DNA of 64,000 nucleotides, from NCBI GenBank assembly GCA_025782575.1, contig JALGYY010000035.1, forward strand, positions 340,670-404,669, written 5' to 3'. This DNA is from a bacterium. GTDB lineage: Bacteria; Orphanbacterota; Orphanbacteria; Orphanbacterales; Orphanbacteraceae. Positions 1-9,502 of this stretch are shown piece after piece. Each line of letters begins with the position of its first letter. The stretch's first letter is position 1. Below the pieces are notes generated by a model. The model had not been told where the DNA came from. It was given only the letters and a program-made list of their open reading frames with translations, and ran no database searches. Made by a program: the position numbers and the translations under genes.

Positions 1-1
1 G

Positions 2-388
2 TTTGTGGGACGGGCCGTGGCCAGGCGGGGATGGGTACTTGTCTGCGGCGGCCTGGAGGGGGTCATGGGGGCCGCCTGCCGCGGAGCATTTCAAGCAGGG
101 GGCACGACCATCGGCGTACTTCCCGGAACCGGTCTCGAACCGGCGAACCAGTATCTAACCGCGCGAATCGCCACCGGTTTCGGCCACGGCCGAAACGTCC
201 TCATTCCAAGATCATCCGACGGCGTGATCGCCATCTCCGGCGGCTACGGCACACTCTCCGAGATCGGACTCACTCTCAAAATGGGAATCCCCCTTGTGGG
301 GCTCCGCACCTGGAAGATCGACCCATCCTACCCTATAGTAGAGAATCCGGAAGAGGCGGTGCGCTTCCTCGAGGAGGAACTCACATGA
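2..388 (+). CDS. LOG/TIGR00725-like Rossmann-fold nucleotide-binding protein (3' part; 5' end outside window)
   Basis: ORF open to window edge. GGxxGVMGA and ISGGYGTLSE motifs are typical of the LOG/SLOG family. Stop overlaps the next start (ATGA). Confidence 0.6.
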   Translation, partial: FVGRAVARRGWVLVCGGLEGVMGAACRGAFQAGGTTIGVLPGTGLEPANQYLTARIATGFGHGRNVLIPRSSDGVIAISGGYGTLSEIGLTLKMGIPLVGLRTWKIDPSYPIVENPEEAVRFLEEELT

Positions 389-669
389 GAGAGAATGTCG
401 ATCGTCTGCACGCTATCGTAAGCGGCCGTGTTCAAGGTGTGGGGTTCCGCTATTTTACGCAGCATGTGGCGCTCGGTATGCGGGTCACAGGATTCGTACG
501 AAACCGGCCTGACCGAACCGTCGAGATCGAAGCCCAGGGGGAAAAGGCTGAAGTGGATCGCTTCTTCGATCAGGTACGGATCGGACCGCATGGATCACGG
601 GTCGACGATATTCGAACCGCATCAATCTCGGTCCATCCCGAAGAAGATGGCTTCGAAATTCAGCATTAG
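385..669 (+). CDS. acyP: acylphosphatase
   Basis: 94 aa. VSGRVQGVGFRYF matches the acylphosphatase signature. ATG overlaps the upstream stop. Confidence 0.8.
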   Translation: MRENVDRLHAIVSGRVQGVGFRYFTQHVALGMRVTGFVRNRPDRTVEIEAQGEKAEVDRFFDQVRIGPHGSRVDDIRTASISVHPEEDGFEIQH

Positions 670-675
670 GATGAT

Positions 676-1746
676 ATGAAACGATCGTTAGAAGATGCAA
701 TTTACGAGCAGCTCTCGGCAGAAGGGCGGAGCCTGCTTATCCGGGGCATCGACCGCGGCTATCTGTACGAAGCCGAAATCGACGAACTGAGCGACGCCGG
801 TAAGCTCAATGCAAAAGAGGTCGAGTCCCTTCTCGGTGCCGCCGAAGGATTGTCGATCCCCATCAAACAGACCGAGATGAAGGCGAGACCCCGATCGGTG
901 CCTGGCCAGGAGGATCGCTCATCCGCTCCGTTCGACGCCGAACCGCTCCGGCTTTATCTCGATGAGATCGGACGGATCGATCGCCTCACACCGAAAGAGG
1001 AGGTCGAACTCTCCGACCTGATCCAGGGGGGCGATGAAAGCGCCCGCCGTAAAATGATCGTCGCCAATCTGCGACTGGTGGTTACGATCGCCAGGCATTA
1101 CCGACATCGCGGCGTCCCCTTTCTCGATCTTATCGAAGAGGGGAATCTGGGCGTCATCCGTGCGGCTGACCGTTTTCTGGGATCGAAGGGATGCCGGTTC
1201 AGTACGTACGCCGCCTGGTGGATCCGCCAGGGAATCACCCGGGCGATCGCCAACCGGGGACGAATCATTCGCATTCCGATCTACGTGATCCAGCTCGTCA
1301 GTCGATACGAACGGACCCGTCGAAAACTCTTTCACGATAACGGGAGGGAGCCGAAGCCCGAGGAGATCGCAGCTGTGCTGGAAATCCCGGTGAAGAAAGT
1401 GCTGATGGCCGCCAGTCTCATCGAGAAGATCCGCAGCCTCGATTCGATTGCGAGCCTCGACCTCGTAGGGCAGCTCCTGCAGGAGATTCCGGATCACCAG
1501 AGTGTGTCACCCACCCACATGGTGGAGCTGCAGCTCGAACATGAGAGGCTCGACCGCCTGCTTCACCGGCTGACGGAGAGGGAGGAGGCGATTATCAGGA
1601 TTCGCTTCGGCTTCGATGACGGGATTGCACGGTCGCTCGCCGAGACAGGCAGCGAATTCGGCCTTTCCCGTGAGCGCATCCGCCAGATCGAAGTCAAAGC
1701 GCTCGAGAAGCTCCGCCGGCTTCTCGATATCGTTCCTGGAAAGTGA
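676..1746 (+). CDS. RNA polymerase sigma factor, sigma-70 family (RpoD/SigA-like, 356 aa)
   Basis: Region 2 (IANLRLVVTIARHY..EGNLGVIRAADRF..YAAWWIRQGITRAI) and regions 3/4 HTH. AGGA RBS before the ATG. Confidence 0.85.
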   Translation: MKRSLEDAIYEQLSAEGRSLLIRGIDRGYLYEAEIDELSDAGKLNAKEVESLLGAAEGLSIPIKQTEMKARPRSVPGQEDRSSAPFDAEPLRLYLDEIGRIDRLTPKEEVELSDLIQGGDESARRKMIVANLRLVVTIARHYRHRGVPFLDLIEEGNLGVIRAADRFLGSKGCRFSTYAAWWIRQGITRAIANRGRIIRIPIYVIQLVSRYERTRRKLFHDNGREPKPEEIAAVLEIPVKKVLMAASLIEKIRSLDSIASLDLVGQLLQEIPDHQSVSPTHMVELQLEHERLDRLLHRLTEREEAIIRIRFGFDDGIARSLAETGSEFGLSRERIRQIEVKALEKLRRLLDIVPGK

Positions 1747-1777
1747 ACCGACGATCTCACGATAAAGGAGTGGCCCC

Positions 1778-2299
1778 ATGAATCTCCGTGATCACATACG
1801 AGATGTCCCCGACTTCCCTAAGAAGGGAATACTGTTCAAGGACATCACCACACTGCTCGGAAACGAACCGGCGTTTCGACAGGCTGTGAAGGCCATGTGC
1901 GATCCGTTTCGTAATACGAGTATCGACAAGATCGCCTGCATCGAATCGCGGGGGTTTATTTTCGGCGCTCCCATGTCTCTCGAACTGGGCATCGGAATTG
2001 TTCCTCTTCGAAAGCCGGGCAAACTCCCGGCGAAGACCGTTCGTGAAGAGTACGATCTCGAGTACGGCACCGATGCGCTTGAAATGCACGTGGACGCGTT
2101 TCAGAAAGGGGAGAGGATCCTGATCGTCGATGACCTCCTCGCCACAGGTGGCACGGCAGCCGCCTCCGCCTATCTGATCGAAAAAGCAGGGGGCGAGGTC
2201 GTCTCTTTTGTTTTCCTGCTGGAGCTGGCGTTTCTGAATGGCCGGGAAAAACTGGGCGGCCGGGAGTGCCTGTCGATCATTCGGTACGATGACGATTAG
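1778..2299 (+). CDS. apt: adenine phosphoribosyltransferase
   Basis: 173 aa. PRPP-binding loop ILIVDDLLATGGT and an Apt-like N-terminus (DFPKKGILFKDIT). Confidence 0.9.
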   Translation: MNLRDHIRDVPDFPKKGILFKDITTLLGNEPAFRQAVKAMCDPFRNTSIDKIACIESRGFIFGAPMSLELGIGIVPLRKPGKLPAKTVREEYDLEYGTDALEMHVDAFQKGERILIVDDLLATGGTAAASAYLIEKAGGEVVSFVFLLELAFLNGREKLGGRECLSIIRYDDD

Positions 2300-2401
2300 A
2301 TAGTTCCGGGGACACAATACGGAACTCCATCCTCGCGCTTTTGCGTTTACCTTGTCAGAATCGCAGCAAAGCAGGTACATTTCCAAGGATAGTAGGCTAT
2401 C

Positions 2402-2475
2402 GCCCCCGTAGCTCAGTCAGGATAGAGCACCGGTTTCCTAAACCGGGAGCCCAAGTTCGAGTCTTGGCGGGGGCA
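2402..2475 (+). tRNA. tRNA-Arg (anticodon CCU)
   Basis: 74-nt cloverleaf: acceptor gcccccg/cgggggc, D-arm gctcagtcaggatagagc, anticodon loop ttCCTaa, T-loop ttcgagt. No encoded CCA. Confidence 0.85.
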
Positions 2476-2509
2476 AATTCAATTCCCTGAAGAGGTGGGA
2501 CGAAGATAA

Positions 2510-2872
2510 GTGGAACTCGTACGGATAGAAGAGAGAGGCGTGATCGTCCTCAAGTTGTCCGGGAAAATTCTCGGTGGTAAGAAATCGGCGAGCCTGGCTG
2601 ATGAGATCGACCGTTTCGTCGAAGCGAAGGGGAAATCACTTCTATTCGACCTCGATGAAGTCCCCTGGATGAACAGCTCCGGGCTCGGCATCTTCCTCGC
2701 CGCGTTCATCCGGATCCGTGAGGGAGGAGGCACAATGAAGTTCGTTCATGTGCAGGATCGGGTACGGGGAATCCTGGTGACCACAAAGCTGATCGACATA
2801 CTCGAGGTGTTTGAGGATGAGACGGAGGCGATCAAGAGCTTTCACCACACGAAAAGTGGAGAGACAGCCTGA
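2510..2872 (+). CDS. STAS-domain anti-sigma-factor antagonist (SpoIIAA-like)
   Basis: 120 aa. STAS fold with conserved Ser in DLDEVPWMNSSGLG. GTG start after GAGGTGGGA RBS. Confidence 0.8.
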   Translation: MELVRIEERGVIVLKLSGKILGGKKSASLADEIDRFVEAKGKSLLFDLDEVPWMNSSGLGIFLAAFIRIREGGGTMKFVHVQDRVRGILVTTKLIDILEVFEDETEAIKSFHHTKSGETA

Positions 2873-2957
2873 TCAGGGCGCTTCCCTGGTCGACTGGATC
2901 CGGCTCGTTCTTCTTGTCGTGCTCGCCTATCTTCTGGTGGAAGCACTGCGCACCTAC

Positions 2958-3098
2958 ATGCGAAGCGTGTTCCCCCTGGCCGGCCCATCGCCGACTCGCT
3001 GGCTCCTTCCGGGCATGTTCGGCGCCGCCACTCTCGGCGCCCTGTTCACCGCGTTCCGACTGATTCGAAAAATCCGGAGAGGAGGGAAAGAGAAATGA
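2958..3098 (+). CDS. small hydrophobic membrane protein, hypothetical (start uncertain)
   Basis: One or two predicted TM helices. Stop overlaps the GGDEF start (ATGA), suggesting translational coupling within a STAS-GGDEF operon. The longer ORF begins at 2811 inside the STAS gene. Confidence 0.3.
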   Translation: MRSVFPLAGPSPTRWLLPGMFGAATLGALFTAFRLIRKIRRGGKEK

Positions 3099-3970
3099 GC
3101 GACCGACAGACAGCCCGACCTGCCGATTCCCTTCTTCGAATCGCCTCCCTTCGAGACTTTGATGGTTCCCGGGATCGATTGATCAGACGATTCCTGATCG
3201 ACCTCTCGAGAGAACCGGGGGGGGAAGGGGCTTCGCTCCTCCTCGATGAGGAGAACGGGGAGATTCTCTACCATCTGGCCGGAACAAAACTCGTCAGACA
3301 GGAAGTGGGGGAAGGGGAGGGAACGGGGTCCCCCTCGGGCCACGAACTTACCATAGAGACACTCGCCGGCAAGCCGATCGGCTTCCTCATTCTGGACAGT
3401 CCGGTAGACGAGAATCATCATATTCTATCGCTCTCTGGATTCCTGGGCGTGACTCTCGACAACCTGGCTCTTCTCGACGAAGCCCGGATCGAAAGCAGGA
3501 TCGATCCGATTACGGGCATCCATAACTACCGGCATGTGACGGAAGAACTGCAGCGCGAACTCGACAGAGCGCGAAGGTTTGACCGTGTTTTTTCGATTCT
3601 CATGGCCGATCTGGACCGCTTCAAAGAAATCAATGATCGCCTGGGACATCTCAAGGGAAACAGTGCACTCAGAAAAATCGCGCAACTCTTTCTGCATTCG
3701 ATCCGATCAGTAGATACAGCGGCCAAGTATGGTGGCGACGAGTTCCTGATCATCCTGCCGGATACGGGCGGGGAGGGGGCTTTTCAGGCTGCCGAAAGGC
3801 TCTTGAGCCACCTGTCGGAGTTGTCACTCGAGGAGGAGATGCGAATCTCCGCCTCGATCGGCGTGGCGACCTATCCGACCGACGGAAAACAGGCGCGCGA
3901 GTTGATCGGCTCCGCCGACCGAGCACTTTATCGTGCTAAAGATAGGGGAGGTGGCGCCGTTGCCGCATGA
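3095..3970 (+). CDS. diguanylate cyclase (GAF-like N-terminus + GGDEF)
   Basis: GGDEF domain with intact YGGDEF active site and RxxD-like region. DRFKEINDRLGH motif. Confidence 0.85.
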   Translation: MSDRQTARPADSLLRIASLRDFDGSRDRLIRRFLIDLSREPGGEGASLLLDEENGEILYHLAGTKLVRQEVGEGEGTGSPSGHELTIETLAGKPIGFLILDSPVDENHHILSLSGFLGVTLDNLALLDEARIESRIDPITGIHNYRHVTEELQRELDRARRFDRVFSILMADLDRFKEINDRLGHLKGNSALRKIAQLFLHSIRSVDTAAKYGGDEFLIILPDTGGEGAFQAAERLLSHLSELSLEEEMRISASIGVATYPTDGKQARELIGSADRALYRAKDRGGGAVAA

Positions 3971-4004
3971 GAGCAGACACGATCGGGGAACACAAGGAGT
4001 CAGT

Positions 4005-5339
4005 ATGACCGTTTCTCGGACAGACCGGTCCGGTTCGGCGATGCAACCTCTCGCCAGAAAAATTCGTGACAGGAAAGCGAAGCTGGGTGTGATCGGCCTT
4101 GGTTATGTCGGCCTGCCTCTTGCAATGGAATTCACGCGGGCAGGATTCGAAGTCACCGGAATTGACACAGACAAGAGCAAGATCGACAAACTGAAATCAG
4201 GAATCTCCTATGTAAAGGATGTGGAGAGTTCGACGGTAAGCGAGGCTGTCGAAAAAAACCGCCTTCATCTTACGACCGACTTCGAGGCGCTCTCCGATCT
4301 GGACACAGTCAATATCTGCGTTCCCACACCACTCCGGAAGACGCGGGACCCTGACATCTCGTACATTCACGCCGCCGTCCGTGAGATCCAGCGGTTCGTA
4401 CACAAAGGCCAGCTGATCGTTCTCGAGAGCACGACCTACCCGGGCACGACCGACGAGGTGATTCTCCCGATTCTCTCCCAGGGAGGCCTTGAGGTAGGGC
4501 GGGATTTCTTTCTCGCGTTCTCGCCGGAGCGCGTCGATCCGGGGAATGCCCATTACAAGACTCGAAATATCCCCAAGGTTGTCGGTGGCGTGACACCCGC
4601 CTGTACCGAAATCGCGATTGCGCTCTACGAAGCGACCGTGGACGAGGTCGTCCCTGTCTCATCCACACGGGTTGCAGAAATGGTCAAGCTTCTGGAGAAC
4701 ACGTTCCGAAGTGTCAACATCGGGCTCGTGAATGAGATGGCTCTCATGTGCCACACATTGGGAATCAACGTCTGGGAAGTGATCGACGCCGCGGCGACGA
4801 AACCATTCGGATTCATGCCGTTCTATCCGGGACCCGGCCTGGGCGGACATTGCATTCCGATCGATCCCTTCTATCTTTCGTGGAAGGCGAAGCAATTCGG
4901 CTTCGAGGCTCGATTCATCGAGCTGGCCGGACAGATCAACGGCTACATGCCCCAGTTCGTCGTGGAACGGATCACCGACGTGCTGAACAAGCACAAGAAA
5001 GCGATCAACGGCGCCAATATCCTCATTCTGGGCTTGTCCTACAAGGCGAATATTGACGATCTGAGAGAGTCTCCCGCCCTCGATATCATCAGCGTCCTTC
5101 ATCAGAAGGGGGCGAGTTTAAAAGCGTGCGATCCCCATACCACCAAGCAGGATCGCGCTCTCGTGAAATGCCCGATCGTCGATTACGGAGAGGAGGTCCT
5201 CCGATGGGCCGACTGCACGGTAATCGTCACGTCCCATACCTCTGTGGACTACCATCTGGCGGTAAAGGAATGCAAGGCCGTGGTCGATACGAGGAATGCA
5301 CTAAAAGGGCTTTCAGGCGACAATATTCACGTTCTTTAA
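4005..5339 (+). CDS. UDP-N-acetylhexosamine 6-dehydrogenase (WbpO/TviB/WecC family nucleotide-sugar dehydrogenase)
   Basis: GVIGLGYVGLP NAD-binding fold and catalytic Cys region (GGHCIPIDP). Start chosen at the ATG after AAGGAG RBS. The upstream in-frame ATG at 3933 lies inside the GGDEF gene. Confidence 0.8.
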   Translation: MTVSRTDRSGSAMQPLARKIRDRKAKLGVIGLGYVGLPLAMEFTRAGFEVTGIDTDKSKIDKLKSGISYVKDVESSTVSEAVEKNRLHLTTDFEALSDLDTVNICVPTPLRKTRDPDISYIHAAVREIQRFVHKGQLIVLESTTYPGTTDEVILPILSQGGLEVGRDFFLAFSPERVDPGNAHYKTRNIPKVVGGVTPACTEIAIALYEATVDEVVPVSSTRVAEMVKLLENTFRSVNIGLVNEMALMCHTLGINVWEVIDAAATKPFGFMPFYPGPGLGGHCIPIDPFYLSWKAKQFGFEARFIELAGQINGYMPQFVVERITDVLNKHKKAINGANILILGLSYKANIDDLRESPALDIISVLHQKGASLKACDPHTTKQDRALVKCPIVDYGEEVLRWADCTVIVTSHTSVDYHLAVKECKAVVDTRNALKGLSGDNIHVL

Positions 5340-5386
5340 GAGCGACCTAGGACAGTAAAATCCGGGTGGGAGGGGTTTACCACAAC

Positions 5387-6343
5387 GTGGCAGGCTATCT
5401 GATTACGGGCGGAGCCGGTTTCATCGGGTCCCATCTGGCCCGCAGACTCGTTGAGCGGGGGGAATCGGTTCGGATTTTCGATAACTTCTCGAGCGGCAAG
5501 AGAGAAAACCTGGCTGACATTGAGAGTGCGGTTGAAGTGGTGGAGGCGGATCTTCGCGATCTGGACGCCGTCATGGAGGCCACGCGGGGAGTGGACTATA
5601 TCCTGCATCAGGCTGCCCTTGCTTCTGTTCCCCGATCGATCGCCGACCCCGTATCCACCAACGCCGTCAACGTGGGGGGGACCCTTCATGTGCTCATGGC
5701 CGCCAAAGAGCACTGCGTGAAGCGGATCGTCTTCGCATCTTCATCGTCAGTTTACGGCGATCAGGATCCGGCGGCGGCCAAACGAGAGGACATGCGGCCC
5801 AACCCACTATCTCCCTACGCCGTATCCAAACATGTGGGGGAGCAGTACGGCCACGTCTTTCACAAGCTCCATGATCTCCCCTTCGTAGCGATCCGATACT
5901 TCAATGTTTTCGGACCCTATCAGGACGAAGATTCCGACTACGCCGCGGTCATTCCGATTTTCTCCCGCTGTCTTCTCACCGGCAAGCGGCCGACCGTGTT
6001 CGGTGACGGCAAGCACACCCGTGACTTTACTTACATTTCCAACGTGGTCGACGCAAACATGCTCGCCATGGAGCGTGAGGAAGCGATCGGGCATACGATC
6101 AACGTGGCGTGCAACGGAAGTTTTGATCTGAATTACCTGATCCAGCGCCTGAACCTGGCGTACGGAACAGACCTTGAGCCGATCTATGCCGAGCCGAGAG
6201 CCGGCGATGTCAAGCACTCGCTCGCTGATATCAGCCGTGCCCGCGAGCTGCTCGGATACGATCCGGCCGTCGGCTTTGAGGACGGCCTGGAGGAGTCCGC
6301 GCGGTGGTACGAAAAGAAACTGGCAGCCACACAATCTCCATGA
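5387..6343 (+). CDS. NAD-dependent sugar epimerase (WbpP/TviC-like UDP-GlcNAc(A) 4-epimerase)
   Basis: TGGAGFIGSHL Rossmann motif and YxxxK (YAVSKH). GTG start 11 nt after GGGAGGG. Paired with the dehydrogenase as in wbpO/wbpP. Confidence 0.8.
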   Translation: MAGYLITGGAGFIGSHLARRLVERGESVRIFDNFSSGKRENLADIESAVEVVEADLRDLDAVMEATRGVDYILHQAALASVPRSIADPVSTNAVNVGGTLHVLMAAKEHCVKRIVFASSSSVYGDQDPAAAKREDMRPNPLSPYAVSKHVGEQYGHVFHKLHDLPFVAIRYFNVFGPYQDEDSDYAAVIPIFSRCLLTGKRPTVFGDGKHTRDFTYISNVVDANMLAMEREEAIGHTINVACNGSFDLNYLIQRLNLAYGTDLEPIYAEPRAGDVKHSLADISRARELLGYDPAVGFEDGLEESARWYEKKLAATQSP

Positions 6344-7461
6344 GCCACACCACTGTTTCCCACGACAGGGACCGGGTCGGCTGGGAGATCATCGATTCCC
6401 TGCGGATGGGCGTGATCCTGATTGACCAGAAGGGTCGAATCCTCGATCTGAATGACGCGGCTTGCCGACTTCTGGGGTTGTCCCGACAGAGCATCCTGGG
6501 CCGGCCGGCCTCCGATTCCCTTCCTCGTGGCGGTGTCGTCTCCGAAGTCATCCGGCAAACTCTCGCCGACAAACGCGCCGTGACCGATCGAATCGGTTCT
6601 CCCCATGGTGAAGACGAGCCGTGTACGTTCCGTTGCCGAAGCATGCTTCTTCGATCGGACAAAAAGGATGACGCGATTCTGGCCTGTCATTTCGAGGATG
6701 TGAGCGATATCGCCAACATGGAAGCGGAAGTAAAGCAACTCGATCGTCTCGCGACAATCGGCCGCTTCGCCTCGGGAATCGCCCATGAGATCAGGAACCC
6801 GCTCATGGGGATCTATGCCGGAGTGCAATACCTGCAAAAAACAATCGTACTCGACTCGCCCGAACAGACGACGACATTTAAAATCATCAGAGACGAAGTC
6901 GAAAGACTGAACCGCATCGTGAGCGACCTTCTCGGCGCCGCAAAGATGCCGGATCCGGAACTGAGGGAAGTGGACCCCAACTCGATCCCCGCAAAGGTCG
7001 TTACCCTGCTCAAGGATGAGGCGGCCGAAAAGGGGATCAGGATCTGTTTCGAGCCGGATGATTCCCTTCCACCGATCGGGCTCGACCCCGATCTCGCCCA
7101 CCAGGTGCTTCTGAACCTCGTCAGGAATGCCATGCAGGCGAGCCCGGATAACGGCACCGTTACGATCTCGATCTCACTGTCGGCGACCAATCCTTCGGCG
7201 GGATTTCTTCCTGGCGATGCTCAAGGTCCCGGACTCGAATTCCGCGTGCGGGATGAGGGACCGGGAGTCCCGGACAAGTCGCGGGAGACCATCTTCGAAC
7301 CGTTCCAGACGACCAAAAAGAGCGGAACCGGACTGGGGCTCTACGTTTCATATCAGATCATGGAAAAGCATGGAGGCGCCCTCTGGGTCGAGGACGATGA
7401 GGGGAAGGGGGCGGTCTTTACGGCACGCTTCCGTTACGGCATTCCGGTAACGCCCGAGTGA
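6340..7461 (+). CDS. PAS-domain sensor histidine kinase
   Basis: PAS (IDQKGRILDLNDAACRLLG), H-box (ASGIAHEIRNPL) and HATPase N/G boxes. ATGA overlap with the epimerase stop. Confidence 0.8.
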   Translation: MSHTTVSHDRDRVGWEIIDSLRMGVILIDQKGRILDLNDAACRLLGLSRQSILGRPASDSLPRGGVVSEVIRQTLADKRAVTDRIGSPHGEDEPCTFRCRSMLLRSDKKDDAILACHFEDVSDIANMEAEVKQLDRLATIGRFASGIAHEIRNPLMGIYAGVQYLQKTIVLDSPEQTTTFKIIRDEVERLNRIVSDLLGAAKMPDPELREVDPNSIPAKVVTLLKDEAAEKGIRICFEPDDSLPPIGLDPDLAHQVLLNLVRNAMQASPDNGTVTISISLSATNPSAGFLPGDAQGPGLEFRVRDEGPGVPDKSRETIFEPFQTTKKSGTGLGLYVSYQIMEKHGGALWVEDDEGKGAVFTARFRYGIPVTPE

Positions 7462-7468
7462 GGCGAAT

Positions 7469-8890
7469 ATGACGCACGCCAGCATACTTCTCGTAGACGA
7501 TCAGAAGTCAGTTCTGCACTTCATGAGCAAGATCATGGAGACTGAAGGTCACACGGTCTACACAGCCGAATCGGTTGCCTCCGGAATTGAACTCTTTGAA
7601 AAGCACGATCCGGATTTCACCATACTCGATCTCCGGCTGCCCGACGGTTCCGGCCTCGACGTGCTGAAGAAGGCGCGTGAAATCAACAAAAACGCTTTCG
7701 TACTCATGGTGACCGGCAGTTCGGATGTTACGGCCGCCGTGCAGGCGATGCGGCTCGGAGCTTATGATTACCTGCCCAAACCGGTTGATGTGGATCACTT
7801 GCTCCTCATCGTTCGCCGGGTATTACAGCTTCAGAAGGACGCCGACGTTCTCGATCATCTCCGTCGTTCACAGAAAGCTGAATTCGGCATTGATTTCATT
7901 TTCAGCCCGAACAGCGCCATCGTCCCCCTGCTCGAAACGGTCAAACAGGTGGCGGAGAGTGATTCCACCAGCGTGCTGATCGAAGGGGAGAGCGGCACGG
8001 GCAAGGAACTCATCGCCCACATCCTGCATCAGCAGAGTGCCCGCTCCAAGGGACCGTTTCTGGACATCAACTGTGCATCCCTCCCGGAGGAGCTCCTCGA
8101 GTCCGAACTCTTCGGACACGAGAAAGGGGCCTACACCGACGCTCACTCCCAGAAGAAAGGGCTGCTGGAACTGGCCGACGGGGGGACACTGTTTCTGGAT
8201 GAACTGGGAGAGATGAGCCTTACGATCCAGGTCAAACTTCTCCGCGTCCTGGAGAAGATGTCGTTCCGGCGAGTCGGCGGTGTCCGGGACATCAGCGTAT
8301 CCGTACGTATCGTTTCAGCTACGAACCGTGAGCTGATGGAAGAAGTTCGCCGTGGCGCGTTTCGTGAGGATCTCTACTACCGGCTGAAGGTCGTGCCGAT
8401 GACGCTGCCCCCTCTTCGGGAACGGCACGAGGACATCCCGTTGCTTGCGATGCACTTCCTCAATCAGTTCAATTCGCAGTTCCGGAAGTCGTTTCGAGGA
8501 TTCACGCCGGAAGCACATGATCTTCTTCTTCGCTATCCATGGCCTGGTAATATTCGAGAGATGCGAAACCTGCTCGAGAGAACGATTCTTCTCAGCAAGG
8601 GTGAATGGATAGACGAATTGATGCTCAGCCTGCCCGGCGGCAGCGGTGGTGGACCGGAATCGGAGGATCTTCGCTTGCTATTTGAAGCGGCGGAGGGGAA
8701 GATACCTCTGGACGGCATTACGCTCCAGAAGCATCTGGAGTGGATGGAGAAAGAGATCATTCTACAAGCCTCGGAGAAGACGAACTGGAACCAGACCCGC
8801 ACAGCCAAGCTCCTTCATATGAACCGCGACAAGCTCCGGTATCGAATGAAGCAGTACGGTCTCGATCGAGAGCCGAGTCACTCCGCCTGA
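7469..8890 (+). CDS. sigma-54-dependent response regulator (NtrC family)
   Basis: REC domain (LLVDDQ, D54-like). AAA+ sigma-54 activator motifs GESGTGKE and GAFTDA-like. C-terminal Fis-type HTH. Confidence 0.9.
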   Translation: MTHASILLVDDQKSVLHFMSKIMETEGHTVYTAESVASGIELFEKHDPDFTILDLRLPDGSGLDVLKKAREINKNAFVLMVTGSSDVTAAVQAMRLGAYDYLPKPVDVDHLLLIVRRVLQLQKDADVLDHLRRSQKAEFGIDFIFSPNSAIVPLLETVKQVAESDSTSVLIEGESGTGKELIAHILHQQSARSKGPFLDINCASLPEELLESELFGHEKGAYTDAHSQKKGLLELADGGTLFLDELGEMSLTIQVKLLRVLEKMSFRRVGGVRDISVSVRIVSATNRELMEEVRRGAFREDLYYRLKVVPMTLPPLRERHEDIPLLAMHFLNQFNSQFRKSFRGFTPEAHDLLLRYPWPGNIREMRNLLERTILLSKGEWIDELMLSLPGGSGGGPESEDLRLLFEAAEGKIPLDGITLQKHLEWMEKEIILQASEKTNWNQTRTAKLLHMNRDKLRYRMKQYGLDREPSHSA

Positions 8891-9390
8891 TTGTTCGAAG
8901 GGGCCGGCTCGCGCGCGCTCTTCCCGTTATTCTCGTGTCACTCCTGGTTCTCTCCTGCGGCTACAGTCTCTCATCCAAATCCAATCCCCATATCAAGACT
9001 GTGGCGGTTCCGATATTCGACAACGATACTCTGGAGAAGGGGGTCGAAGATCTTCTCACCGCGGAACTGATCAATGTTCTGCAGGAGAATCGATCACTCA
9101 CACTTACAGATGAAAAACGGGCCGACTCCGTGCTCATCGGTCGCATCGTGGACTACCGGCGCACCGTCCACACATACGACACCGCCGAAAATGTACAGGA
9201 GTACAAAGTCGAAATTCTGGTTCGGGTCGAATACGAAGACAGGAAGAAACGAAAGACCCTCTGGGAAGAGAATCGCATGCTCGGGTGGGGCATTTATAAC
9301 GCCTTGGAAGAAGAAGAGGAGGCGGGCCAGCTCCGCGCGATCGTGAAGCTCGCCGAGGACATCAAAACGAAGACCGTCGAAGGCTGGTAA
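8887..9390 (+). CDS. lptE: LptE-like LPS-assembly lipoprotein (start codon uncertain)
   Basis: Signal peptide plus lipobox (LVLSC|GYSL, compare LptE CGFHLRG). The body resembles LptE. There is no canonical start near the signal peptide: the first in-frame ATG is 8740, inside the NtrC-family gene, so a CTG/ATT start is possible. Sits immediately upstream of leuS. Confidence 0.5.
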   Translation: MIVRRGRLARALPVILVSLLVLSCGYSLSSKSNPHIKTVAVPIFDNDTLEKGVEDLLTAELINVLQENRSLTLTDEKRADSVLIGRIVDYRRTVHTYDTAENVQEYKVEILVRVEYEDRKKRKTLWEENRMLGWGIYNALEEEEEAGQLRAIVKLAEDIKTKTVEGW

Positions 9391-9502
9391 CGGTCCTCCA
9401 CCTGAAACAGGCTCTCCGTCACTCCTTTTCACCCCGCCTTGACGCTCACCCGGGAGTGGGACTACCATCCGGGATTCAACCCATCAGGAAGGATTCTTGA
9501 TC

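Noticed and set aside
31-669. 212-aa ORF spanning the LOG gene in another frame
   Set aside because: Only its 3' third (385-669) encodes a recognisable protein (acylphosphatase). The upstream part is a GC-driven alternate-frame shadow of the LOG gene.
3933-4004. Upstream in-frame ATG extensions (also 8740 for the LptE-like gene, 57931 for the NUDIX gene, 44309 for pfk)
   Set aside because: Extensions overlap the preceding gene substantially and lack RBSs. Internal starts have good Shine-Dalgarno sequences and give N-termini matching the families.
6184-7101. Long antisense ORFs inside real genes. Examples: 6184-7101(-), 16132-16761(-), 21657-22400(+), 27592-28617(+), 30696-31736(+), 36584-37124(+), 43089-43826(+), 45393-46076(+), 50338-51180(+), 919-1497(-).
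   Set aside because: Each lies opposite a gene with clear family motifs and has Arg/Pro/Ser-rich low-complexity translations typical of high-GC shadow frames. No RBS or motifs were found.
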